NCBI GenBank assembly: GCA_030603385.1
Contig: JAUVXW010000026.1
Coordinates: 1 to 62,924, forward strand
DNA from: Promethearchaeota archaeon
Lineage (GTDB): Archaea; Asgardarchaeota; Lokiarchaeia; Sigyniarchaeales; SOKP01
Direction of reading: 5' to 3'
Length of the DNA stretch: 62,924 nucleotides
The number at the start of each line of letters is the position of its first letter. Within the stretch, counting starts at the first letter, position 1. Shown in pieces: positions 50,966 to 61,000 of the stretch. The position numbers and the translations under genes were made by a program. The notes below the pieces were generated by a model. That model was given only the letters and a program-made list of their open reading frames with translations. It ran no database searches and was not told where the DNA came from.

Positions 50966-51229
50966 CTATTCTTTTAGTTTATATTTTAATTTCTTAAGGT
51001 ATAGCTTCATGAAATATCGTTCACTATTACAAAACTCTAACTTTTCTTTTTCGTTTAAGTTTAAGCAGTTTAAGAGAATTGCATGAATTTTTTCGAGAGA
51101 AATTAGATTTTCATCGCAAATCTCTTCTACTTTTTCCGATTCAGATAGTTCCTTAATTTTAATGTTTTCTCGATTTGATGGTTTCTCTGTAGAAAACTTA
51201 CCATTTCGAGATTTACTTTTTAAATCCAT
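50966..51229 (-). CDS. Small hypothetical protein
   Basis: 87 aa, with its own cluster promoter 27 nt upstream. Confidence 0.6.
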   Translation of the reverse strand: MDLKSKSRNGKFSTEKPSNRENIKIKELSESEKVEEICDENLISLEKIHAILLNCLNLNEKEKLEFCNSERYFMKLYLKKLKYKLKE

Positions 51230-51255
51230 GAATCAATACAATAATGATTAAATTG

Positions 51256-51273
51256 TATTTAAAGAAAAAAATT
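51256..51273 (-). promoter_or_regulatory. Cluster promoter motif AATTTTTTTCTTTAAATA (leaderless)
   Basis: Identical to the 32833-32850 copy. Confidence 0.7.
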
Positions 51274-51281
51274 GAGAATAA

Positions 51282-51506
51282 TCATATTTTATGAAACTCA
51301 TTTAATAAAAGTCTTCGATATACAGGGTGTCTTTCATTAAATTTAATATTTTCATTTCCATTGTAAATATATGCAAGACTTTGAGAACTGCCAAAATTCG
51401 AAAACGGAATTATAATCTTATTAAAATTTATAGAGGCTCTCTCCTCTTTATCAGTATTATAACTAGGGAAAATGAGAACCTTTTTTTCAACTGTTTGAGA
51501 ACTCAT
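51282..51506 (-). CDS. Small hypothetical protein (paralogue of 50705..50908)
   Basis: Shares the I.PFS..RHP.Y..LLNEF motif with 50705..50908. Confidence 0.75.
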   Translation of the reverse strand: MSSQTVEKKVLIFPSYNTDKEERASINFNKIIIPFSNFGSSQSLAYIYNGNENIKFNERHPVYRRLLLNEFHKI

Positions 51507-51619
51507 GATTAAAACCTTTTTATAAAATTATATTCTTATCTATTATTAAATCCTAAATATTCAAATATAAAGTCTATTGGAATAAAATTGAAGTTTTTCT
51601 CAAATATAGCAAAAAATAA

Positions 51620-54163
51620 TTATCTTTTTCCAATAATTTTTTTACATAAATTTATTCCCAAACCTGTTTTCTGATTTAGCGTATAGGGGTTTTCCTTTTT
51701 AACTTGAGATGCGGTATGGTTTCCGGCTTTGTAAAGGACCCTTGCTCGTACTCGCGCAACGTTATCTAAACGTAATACTAAGTCAAATAATTCCTCACGA
51801 ATCCCATAATGTATCCGTATCCGAAGCGTTTCTGACATTTCGGCAACCTTTTCTAACCTGTTACGAATATCAAACCCGCTTGAACTTAGGTTGTTTGCAA
51901 TTATCCCAATAAAGGTAATAATTCTCTCTAAACTATCTCGTACAGAAAAAAGATCACCTGTCATTATGTGATATCTTTCTAAGATATGTTCAATCGGCTC
52001 CTCATCTGTCCATTCAAGAATAGGCTCTAACATCTTATAGTCACGTACTCGAAATTCCGATTTTAACACTTCATAGGCTTCCTTAATTAAATCCCGAAAA
52101 GAGGTTATATTTGTATTCTCTAATTTATATCGAATGAGTACACCTGAAGAAGGATATAGATAGAGCCTAATTATTAGTTTTCCAAACTGGGAGCATTGTA
52201 TTGAGCCGTTATTATTCTTTAATATTAACCCTTTTTCAAACAAGTAATTTAGGATATATTGGTTCTTAATACTTTTTGGAATAATATCTTCAACATATTT
52301 TTGGATATTTACATCAGGAAATTTGATTAAATACAAAAGGAACATGGTAATATGGTCGCAAAATTCAAAGGCAAACTCGTTCTCAACTGCAAAATTATCG
52401 GATATACCATTTTGAAATCCGCAAGAACATTTAATTCCAGTATCAATATCGAATTGACATGAATAGACTCCAAAAGTAGTCTTAACATAGCCCGAAAGGT
52501 TTGAGTTACTACATTTTGTTATTTTAATCTGAGGTTTTTTACTTCTAAGTGTTTGTACTTTTTTCGGATCGGCATGAAGCTTAAGAATATTGACAGGAGA
52601 TATCTCTTTAATCATTAATAACTGCTCAATTGGGATTTGTTGGTCTTTCATCTTATGAGTAATTGTATACCAAAAGTACGTTTTTTCAAAGAAATTCTTG
52701 AGTTTATCCATTGTAATTTCTTGCTCTTCAAATACCCGAAGTAGTACTTGTTCTTTTAAAATATTAATTTTGTTTAATCCAGAAGTGAGATCATTGTATT
52801 TAGCCATGAGTGGACTATTCATCTGGAGTGATTTAAAGTAGTGATCCTCAACCCACATCTTCTCTTCTATGTTCTTTACTAACATAATCCCATAGCCGAC
52901 TGAGTCCAATCCCGGTCTACCCGCCCTCCCTAAGATTTGAAAAACTTCGTTTGATGAGAATGGCTTGAAATAGGAAAATCCATCGCCATTCTCATAGTAT
53001 CCTGAAAAGTTTTTTATATTAAATCCGGATGTGGTATACTTTTTAAAGTCTCGTAAAATAACAACACGGGCAGGTGTGTTGATTCCTGCTGAAAGTGTAG
53101 TCGTACAACATATAACTCTAATAAGCTTACTACGGAAATTATCCTCTATTAATTTTCTTTCGCGTGAAAGGAGGCCAGCATGATGAAACGCGACTCCATG
53201 GGAAAATATCTTACTCAATTCAAGGTTTCCTCCCTTAATCGATGCGATACGCTTAGAGAGCGCTTTTAACACTTTTAACTCAGATTCTTCTAAAAATTTC
53301 TTTACTATTTCCTTAAGATTTTGAGCAGACTGTTGTGCCGTCTTACGCTTATTTAGAAAGATAAGCACTTGTCCTTTATCGTTAAGGGTAGTCTTTACGA
53401 TATGTTTGATAGTAGAGTCTTTATTTTGTGTGGTGTGAATTTTATAATGAAGTGGTACAGGTCTTTCCTCAGATATCACCAAGGTAGTATGGTTCCCAAG
53501 TGATGTGAGCCATGCATTAAAGAACTCTGGATTCGCAATTGTGGCACTTAACCCAATTATTTGAGGGTGGTGAAAGAATTCATTCAATCGTACAATGAGA
53601 GATTCCAAACGAGGTCCTCTGTCTGATTCTCCGATGATATGGACCTCATCAATAATGATTGTAGAAAACTCAGAAATCCACTCCTTATCATAGAAGTTCC
53701 TTATGATCGAATCCATTTTTTCATAGGTAGTAACGATAATGTCAGCTTTTTCAAGTTTAGAATCGTCTATGTTATAATCTCCAATAGATATTTCTACTTT
53801 TACACCATATTTTCCATAGGCTTTTTTGAAGTGGAAGAATTTCTCAGTAGCTAATGCTTTAAAGGGCACTAAATATACAGATTTGCCGAACTTCTGAAAC
53901 ACATTATTTACCGCGCATAATTCACCAATGAGAGTTTTCCCACTACCAGAGGGGGCACATACTAAAAACGATTTGCGAAAAAATAGTCCTTTCCGTATGG
54001 CTTCTTTTTGAATTTCGCGTAGTTCAAATATCTTGTTTTCAAATAATACCCGAAGAATGCGCTTATCTGGAATATATTTATAAATTTCAGTTTCTTCTAA
54101 AGTCTCCTCTTTTGTACCTTTCCCAGTAAAATCGATTAAACTCATATCTATGGGTATAGACAT
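51620..54163 (-). CDS. hel308: Hel308/Ski2-like DExH helicase with inserted SWIM zinc finger (true start possibly 54145)
   Basis: APSGSGKT, DEVH, GLSAT, FHHAGL, TLSAGINTPA and QILGRAGRPG motifs; CSC...CDH insert; C-terminal RVRARVLY HhH. Confidence 0.85.
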   Translation of the reverse strand: MSIPIDMSLIDFTGKGTKEETLEETEIYKYIPDKRILRVLFENKIFELREIQKEAIRKGLFFRKSFLVCAPSGSGKTLIGELCAVNNVFQKFGKSVYLVPFKALATEKFFHFKKAYGKYGVKVEISIGDYNIDDSKLEKADIIVTTYEKMDSIIRNFYDKEWISEFSTIIIDEVHIIGESDRGPRLESLIVRLNEFFHHPQIIGLSATIANPEFFNAWLTSLGNHTTLVISEERPVPLHYKIHTTQNKDSTIKHIVKTTLNDKGQVLIFLNKRKTAQQSAQNLKEIVKKFLEESELKVLKALSKRIASIKGGNLELSKIFSHGVAFHHAGLLSRERKLIEDNFRSKLIRVICCTTTLSAGINTPARVVILRDFKKYTTSGFNIKNFSGYYENGDGFSYFKPFSSNEVFQILGRAGRPGLDSVGYGIMLVKNIEEKMWVEDHYFKSLQMNSPLMAKYNDLTSGLNKINILKEQVLLRVFEEQEITMDKLKNFFEKTYFWYTITHKMKDQQIPIEQLLMIKEISPVNILKLHADPKKVQTLRSKKPQIKITKCSNSNLSGYVKTTFGVYSCQFDIDTGIKCSCGFQNGISDNFAVENEFAFEFCDHITMFLLYLIKFPDVNIQKYVEDIIPKSIKNQYILNYLFEKGLILKNNNGSIQCSQFGKLIIRLYLYPSSGVLIRYKLENTNITSFRDLIKEAYEVLKSEFRVRDYKMLEPILEWTDEEPIEHILERYHIMTGDLFSVRDSLERIITFIGIIANNLSSSGFDIRNRLEKVAEMSETLRIRIHYGIREELFDLVLRLDNVARVRARVLYKAGNHTASQVKKENPYTLNQKTGLGINLCKKIIGKR

Positions 54164-54172
54164 TTTAAAATA

Positions 54173-54187
54173 ATATAAAGGAAAAAG
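54173..54187 (-). promoter_or_regulatory. Cluster promoter variant CTTTTTCCTTTATAT
   Basis: Only 10 nt from ATG 54163 but 28 nt from ATG 54145, which favours the second Met as a leaderless start. Confidence 0.55.
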
Positions 54188-54236
54188 TCAAATAAAATTC
54201 TTTATTTTGAGTTGTATTTGAAATTAAGGTAAAAAG

Positions 54237-54350
54237 GTGCCCCGTGCCAACCGACGCAAAATCGCGTCTAAAAATCAAAAGGGTAAGATTATAGAGTGTA
54301 ATGAATTACACTACCAAAAGACAAAAATCCAGGGTGTAAGCATGGGGCAT
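54237..54350 (+). ncRNA. Candidate multi-stem structured RNA (~114 nt)
   Basis: Closing stem TGCCCCGTGC (54238-47) / GCATGGGGCA (54340-49) with a G-U pair; internal hairpins GACGC/GCGTC and AGTGTAA/TTACACT; locally GC-rich; T-rich downstream. Confidence 0.55.
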
Positions 54351-54433
54351 AGTTTAATTTTACTTTGTTAAATTAAGACAAAAAATTCCTGTCTTCTAGT
54401 TATGAATAAGACATTAAACAATTTAAATTTCAC

Positions 54434-54449
54434 ATTTTTTCTTTATAAA
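54434..54449 (+). promoter_or_regulatory. Cluster promoter motif ATTTTTTCTTTATAAA (leaderless, heads the 54.5-62.2 kb operon)
   Basis: 29 nt before ATG 54478. Confidence 0.7.
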
Positions 54450-54468
54450 CGATCATTTTTAATAATAT

Positions 54469-56496
54469 TTGATAGTTATGACGGTTCTAGAAAATGAGAT
54501 CAGTAGGAAGAAAAACACATTAGGATCATATTATGAAGAAGCAAAAAAAGCTATAGCAGCACAAAATATCGAGCAGGCAATTGATTTAACCGAAAGAGGA
54601 CGCATACAAGCCGAACTGGAAAATGATTATGAATGGGTTCAGAGATTTAACTCGTTTAATTCGGCAATTAAAAAAAACCCATTACTAAGTACTACTATAG
54701 TGAAAGAGGATATAACAAAAATAAAAGGTGTTGGACCCTCTGTAGCACAAAAATTGCGAGAGCATGGATTTGATACGATTGAAACGCTTGTAAGATCGAC
54801 TATACCTCAATTATCAAGTATAAAAGGAATTGGACCAGTAACAGCCCATAAAATAGTAGAAGGAGCTATATCGCTCACATCCCATAAAAAATTAAACGAT
54901 TTTCCTCAACCAGATGATAAATCAGAAGAAACTCCTGTTCATGAAGAAATTGAAGAATACAATCAAGAAGATTATAATAAAATTATAAAAGAAATGAGAC
55001 CACAAAAATGGTTTTCTGATAAATATAAACGACTTAAAACCGGAGTCTGGTACAATCCACAGAAACAAAATTCCGTCCAAAAATCTAAAATGGCATCTAA
55101 GGAATCTGGAAATTTCCCCCAAATTAATAAGAAAACTAGCCAACATATTACCCCTACTATACATGAAGAATTTGTTGATTTTGAGGATGTAGAAGATGTT
55201 GAAGATAAAGAAGAGTTTACCAAAATACCAGATGTTGCGCTAAGTTCTCCTAAGTTAACATTCATAGAAGAGATACCATTAGTAGTCAAACAAAAAGATA
55301 TTCAGCCATTACAGAAACTAAAAACTATTCAAGATGAGAAAATAGATCATTCTGAAAGACAAACAATTGAAAATCAGGTTGTGCAAATCTTCCAAAAATA
55401 TGACTATAATATTATTAAACAAACTCCACTTTTGAAAGATATTTTTACCCATGCCGATGTGGTTGCGGTAAAAAAAGCTGATTTTAACGATGTATTAGAT
55501 TTCGTTATAATTATTCCATTAAAGCTAAATAGCCTTAAAGGAGAATTACAAGTCTCAAGTGAAACGATTAAGTATGTTCCTAACCATCAACAATTTAAAG
55601 AAAATGGTTCAGCGTTTAAAATGCTACTTGATTCATATTTTGATACTATACAAGAAAGCCATAAGACCATTCATCATGATCTCATAAATAAAGGTAATTT
55701 CTATTCTTACATAAAACGCCATTTTGGGATAAATATCACAATTAAAAAAACGTTGACACGTAAGAACTTATTTTTTACAGAAGGTAATATGCAATTAAAA
55801 GTGCTTATAGAACCAGTATTATTGTGTCAAAATGATGTCGGATTTTTAGAAAAAGACATTCCGTTTGCATATCTCAGCGATATAAACCTTCATATCATCA
55901 AAGAGAATAATCTTTCTGATTTTGTACATTTCATAGAGCAGAAATATATCTTATTAGAAACACATCGTAAACAAAATCATTCATTAATATCCTATAATGA
56001 ATCATACGACCAATTTCTAAAACGTTCTACAATTCTTTCCATCCCATTTATAGGATTTGGCGTTGTACTTCTCTTTCTGATATTATTTCAATCATTTGAA
56101 ACAATGAAATTTCTTATTAATATTGGATATGCACTTCTTGGAGTTTTCTTTATATCAATACCATTCTTCTATATGAAAGTGTTGAAACCGAGATTAGAGA
56201 TCCAAGCTGAATTCTTCAATCCTTATTGCCAAAAAGAATCTCAACTAGATGAGACGAGTTTAGTATTAATTAATGAAAAGTTTTCTCCTGAGATGATGTC
56301 GCAATTTGGGTATGAATGCTTAGGAAAACATCATCAGTCTAAAGTAATTATGCAAATTGAACAGGATCAGATTAAAGAAAGTATTGATCAAAATAGATTA
56401 TTGACTAAGGTTAAAAATGGCGGATTTTTTGAAAAAGAGATTCCAGAGAAAAATAAAGATTTCATAAACAGATATGGATCATTTTTAGAGGATTAA
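54469..56496 (+). CDS. Membrane-anchored HhH DNA-binding protein with degenerate PD-(D/E)xK-like domain (likely start 54478)
   Basis: IKGVGPSVAQKL..IKGIGPVTAHKI; disordered linker; IENQV..ADVVAVK..IIPLK; two TM helices near the C-terminus. Confidence 0.72.
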   Translation: MIVMTVLENEISRKKNTLGSYYEEAKKAIAAQNIEQAIDLTERGRIQAELENDYEWVQRFNSFNSAIKKNPLLSTTIVKEDITKIKGVGPSVAQKLREHGFDTIETLVRSTIPQLSSIKGIGPVTAHKIVEGAISLTSHKKLNDFPQPDDKSEETPVHEEIEEYNQEDYNKIIKEMRPQKWFSDKYKRLKTGVWYNPQKQNSVQKSKMASKESGNFPQINKKTSQHITPTIHEEFVDFEDVEDVEDKEEFTKIPDVALSSPKLTFIEEIPLVVKQKDIQPLQKLKTIQDEKIDHSERQTIENQVVQIFQKYDYNIIKQTPLLKDIFTHADVVAVKKADFNDVLDFVIIIPLKLNSLKGELQVSSETIKYVPNHQQFKENGSAFKMLLDSYFDTIQESHKTIHHDLINKGNFYSYIKRHFGINITIKKTLTRKNLFFTEGNMQLKVLIEPVLLCQNDVGFLEKDIPFAYLSDINLHIIKENNLSDFVHFIEQKYILLETHRKQNHSLISYNESYDQFLKRSTILSIPFIGFGVVLLFLILFQSFETMKFLINIGYALLGVFFISIPFFYMKVLKPRLEIQAEFFNPYCQKESQLDETSLVLINEKFSPEMMSQFGYECLGKHHQSKVIMQIEQDQIKESIDQNRLLTKVKNGGFFEKEIPEKNKDFINRYGSFLED

Positions 56497-56500
56497 TCAC

Positions 56501-57175
56501 ATGAAAACATTATCTTATCCTAGACTTGCACTATTAGCAGGTGTTACTCTGCTTTTTGTCTCACTCTTCTTAGAATGGTATTCATTTCAAGTAGTTGATA
56601 CAAATAATGAACTAATCGTATCATGGAGTTATAACCTATTTTTTGAATGGACAACGGATTTTCCAACGGGAGCAACCGTAAATGAGGATTATAGGCCTTT
56701 AAATCTTAACGTGCCGTTTTATATTAATATCTTATTTATAGTAATACTTATATTAGCTGTAGGGGTAGGTACCATTCAAGATATTAAAGTATCTAATAAT
56801 TCTAGTAATACAAGATATTATTCCTATATTTTTGCTTTTTTACTTGTGCTTACGTTCTTCTATGTTGTATTATTCCCGATCATCTATTTATATCCTAATG
56901 AGCTCTATTATCCCGTTTTAACTAACGTAGATATTGATTTGAATACTATCACATATTATTCTATTGGTATTGGATATATATTACAATTATTTGGATTTGT
57001 CCTTATTTTTCCCTACTCTCTTTATTATCTATTAACTATTACTGCTCTTGAGAGAAGTCGTCAAATACCTGAGATCCAAATTGAGAAAATAATCCAAGAT
57101 ATTCAAGAACCGATTGATTTAGATGAATTTATCGCAGAAGAGGAATTGAAAATTAAAAAGGGGGATTATTCATGA
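56501..57175 (+). CDS. Hypothetical 4-TM membrane protein
   Basis: Four hydrophobic helices with two polar loops; translationally coupled. Confidence 0.75.
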   Translation: MKTLSYPRLALLAGVTLLFVSLFLEWYSFQVVDTNNELIVSWSYNLFFEWTTDFPTGATVNEDYRPLNLNVPFYINILFIVILILAVGVGTIQDIKVSNNSSNTRYYSYIFAFLLVLTFFYVVLFPIIYLYPNELYYPVLTNVDIDLNTITYYSIGIGYILQLFGFVLIFPYSLYYLLTITALERSRQIPEIQIEKIIQDIQEPIDLDEFIAEEELKIKKGDYS

Positions 57176-58038
57176 CTGTGAATTATCAAGTCTTCGATTT
57201 GAAGTTAAAACGGTTGATACAAGCCTGTAAGGAGACTGGTAATTACAAAAAGCTAGCAGTAGTTGGATTCATCTCAACCAGTAATCTTGTAGACGAGATT
57301 GCACTAAAATTAGGAATGAGACCTCGTTATAAAGAAAAAAGTGAAGAACTTTTATTTGAATATATGACTGCGGTAAACGATATATTTGAAAAAAACCTGC
57401 AAATTCAAATTTTTAATAATGAAACTATCACTACAATCAAAGAAATAGAATTACTCTTCTTACGGAACCGCGGAGATATTCCCTACAAGCATATAAAAAA
57501 CCTAATCTTTGTTTATTATGAGCTTAGAAAAATTGAAGTTCCAAATCTCTATAAAGGAATGACAGGAGAGGATTACTTTGAGTCTTCTAACTTATATATG
57601 CTTAATGTGATTCCTCGCGGGATGAGACAGAAACGAGACACAAACTCTAGTAAGTTTAAACCAATGCTATTACACAAAATTAAGGAGCAAGAAAGAGTAC
57701 TTCAAAATAATTTAAATAAAAAACTCGACCAAACGAATATAGAAAGGGCTATTTTCTTAAAAAACATCAAAAATAGTCTAAAAGAGAGCAATAAGAACAG
57801 GATAACCTTTCAAGGAAGCTTAAAGGATAATATGGATTATGGTAAATCTCAAAATATTCTTATAAAATATTTCCTTATTGGGATTGCGTTTATATCTCTA
57901 TGTTTAGGGGGTTTAATTGCCGTTGAGATGTTTTTATATCCGAATACTATGCCTGTGTTGAGTAACCTTCTTCTCATTTTCTTCGGAATCGTCATAATTA
58001 TGATTTTTTCATATAAGAGTTTGAATAAAAAGAGGTAA
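57172..58038 (+). CDS. Hypothetical protein with two C-terminal TM helices
   Basis: Soluble helical N-terminal domain plus hydrophobic hairpin; ATGA overlap. Confidence 0.75.
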   Translation: MTVNYQVFDLKLKRLIQACKETGNYKKLAVVGFISTSNLVDEIALKLGMRPRYKEKSEELLFEYMTAVNDIFEKNLQIQIFNNETITTIKEIELLFLRNRGDIPYKHIKNLIFVYYELRKIEVPNLYKGMTGEDYFESSNLYMLNVIPRGMRQKRDTNSSKFKPMLLHKIKEQERVLQNNLNKKLDQTNIERAIFLKNIKNSLKESNKNRITFQGSLKDNMDYGKSQNILIKYFLIGIAFISLCLGGLIAVEMFLYPNTMPVLSNLLLIFFGIVIIMIFSYKSLNKKR

Positions 58039-58047
58039 CTATGAAAA

Positions 58048-61000
58048 ATGGCAAGTTTTAGTAAAAAATATTCTTCAGAAGAAGGGAAAAAAATGCGAAT
58101 TGTAATAGATGAGAAAAGCTCAAAAAAAGAGATCCCGCGAATCTGGAAAATTAACCCTTCATTTAAACATATAAATAGTGCCTTCACCATAGCAAGAAGT
58201 ATATTTTTTGTAGTAATTGTGGTATTTTTTATGGTTTCTACGTATCTTATCACTTTTGACCTGTCTATGGCTATAGGAGCAGGTGTTTTAATTATTACTA
58301 TGTTTATATTTGTCTTTCGAGATCATATTTATTTTCTTAATAGTTTATCTTCTCTTTCCTTCAAGAAAGCGAAAAAAATTTACCCCTTTCAAGATATACT
58401 ATTTCTTTTAGACGGAGAAACATCATCAACAGTTTATATTTCTAATAAAAGAGACTTAGTGCATACTGGTCTTGCCATCTTTAGAATAAAGGTGATTCCC
58501 GAAAATATTCATGCCTCCGTAAACTTGTTTATAAAAAGTCTTAGTGAATATAAGAATATGGTAAGCTTCACCTACCAAATAATTCAAACTCCGCTTCTTA
58601 AAAAGGGTCAAAATGAATTGGGAGGTTCGGTCCAGACTAATATTTACTTCTGTGTGTATTGCTCTGTAAAAGGAATTTTGAGTCGCAATAAATTTAGAGT
58701 ATTAAAGGATAAGATGTATAGTTTAGAAAACATATTACAAAGCAATTTTGTAGGAAATTTTCATCACTTTCAGATCTTACATCTTTCTGGGCGCAATCTG
58801 ATTAACGCGTTAAGAACCTATTTTTTTAAGTTTCCTTCAAAAATAAGAAATGAAGAAATAGAGGTGGTAAGGAAATTCAGAATAAAACCGGATTTTCTTA
58901 TAAAAGCTCTTTTTTGCTCTATTTTATTTATTAGTTCAAGTATTCTATTATCTTCTTTGGGATTATCACTTATTTATATCCTTTTATTTAATATTGCTCT
59001 ATTAGGTGTTTTAGTCTATTTCTGGTGGCAAGAGTTGTTATTTGTTATATTTAATCAATCATTAATTAAAAGTAGTTACTTTATCACAATAAATCCTTTT
59101 AGCGATACTGCTTTTTTCTGTTATCGAGGGATACCTGATTCCATCTTTGCCTACGTTGATAATAAGCTATTGGTTGGAATGAAAATGTTTAATTTGGCAT
59201 TGATACGACCTCCATCATATTTTAGAACTGATAAGTTTATCCAAGGAATTATGAATCAAAAAGTCTCGTTTGGATATACCTGCATAAATTCTCCTCTATC
59301 TTTTGAAGTATTCTATAAAAAATATCTTGATTACTTAAATCTTAACACACATAGGAGTCTATTGCTTTCTGATTGGAGAGTGCAGACTAAATTAGACGGG
59401 ATTAATTGGTTAGCAATGCGTTCTGGGATGTGGCAAACTTTTCTTACGCTTTCTGCCTGTGAATTCAAGTATATTGAGACACTTTCAAGTGAAGTAATTG
59501 AAAATCTTGAAGAACAATTACACTTAAAAGCCCTGAAATTATATAATGCGTTCAATACACATTTCTTTAATTGTGACTTGGTACAGCTCAGAAGGCGAGT
59601 TCTTCTTTCAGGTATCATATCAACTTTAGTAAAAAACAAAGATTTTACAATTAATGGAACACATCTTAATTATCTTATAATTCAAGGAAAGTTTCTCGTT
59701 TCTCTTACTGAAATAGTTGACGAGCTAAAAAAGGGAATTACAACACGAGTCGCCTCTGAGTTTAACACTCCATTAAAACTTAAAAATAGTATTGTTATTG
59801 GGGATACAATTAATACTGAGGTGCTCGAAAAAGAGATTCCTTTTGGTTTTACTAAAGAACAGCTCTCTAATATCCTCATTGTAAATGGCACATATTCCAG
59901 TAGAGAACTCCTTGCGATGAAGATCGTGTCACAGTTAGTCGAAAAAAACAAACCTTCATTGATTTTTGACTTTAGAGGGGTATGGTCTAAATTACTCAAA
60001 CACTTTGAAGACACCCCCTTTGAAAATGATTTTCTTTACTTTAAGCTCGGTACCGCCTTTAGTTTAGATCCCCTTAAGTCCAATATTCCTTATGATAAAG
60101 ACAATGTAGAGTTTATGGACTATATCTTTGATGCATACGCATTAGCGTTTCAAAAGCAAAAAAATACCATAGATATAATGAGAAATGCCATCCAGCAGAA
60201 CCCAAATTTAGACATGGAATCTCTTAATGTCCATTTAGTCAATCAAAATAAGTGGGAAAATCCTGTAAGTGATACATTACTTGCATTATTTCGCGACCTC
60301 AATCCCCAAGACTTAGCGTATCTCCATATTTCAACTTTAAAAACTGGTGAAAATATCATAACATTTCAGGATTTTATTAACACCAATAAAACGGTTATTA
60401 TCGATCTTTCCATTATAACGGATTTACCCAAATTAGTGTTTGTGGCATTCCTGATTATTTCAAAAATTATTCATTTTCTCAAGCGAAACTCAGAGTATGT
60501 AGAAAGGTATATATTTATCCCTCATATAGATATGTTCTTTAGAAGTTTTAATATTGAACGAAACAATGACTATGGAAAAATTTACAAATTCTTAGATCCA
60601 CTTATCGAAAAGGGGTTTGGTCTACTCTTTGGGGCAAACCAGATGTATTATCTCCACCCTAACTTGGTTAAATACTTTAATAATATCGTCACCTTTAGAG
60701 CAACTGATAAACGCGATATTGGCGCTTTAATCAATAGGATGAACCTTCAAGAAATGCATGGCACAGGTATATACTCACGGAGCAGAAAGGAGACGTATCA
60801 AATCCAGTATTTAGAAAGCATGAAAAGTCAGGAAGCGATAGTGAAACGGTCAGACATCTATCAAGCCTTTCCTGTATGTTTTGATTGGAATGATATAAAA
60901 GATCGTACTCTCATGGATAATGAGGAGATTATCGCATATATGGATAGACAGGGATATAATTTACGAGATACAGAAAGAATAATATTAGACCAAATAAAGA

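Noticed and set aside
29726-54449. T-tract motif as merely an intrinsic terminator
   Set aside because: It occurs in divergent regions (35.2, 36.7, 40.1, 43.06, 54.2 and 54.4 kb) with no gene to terminate and keeps TATA-like spacing to starts. Some copies may serve both roles.
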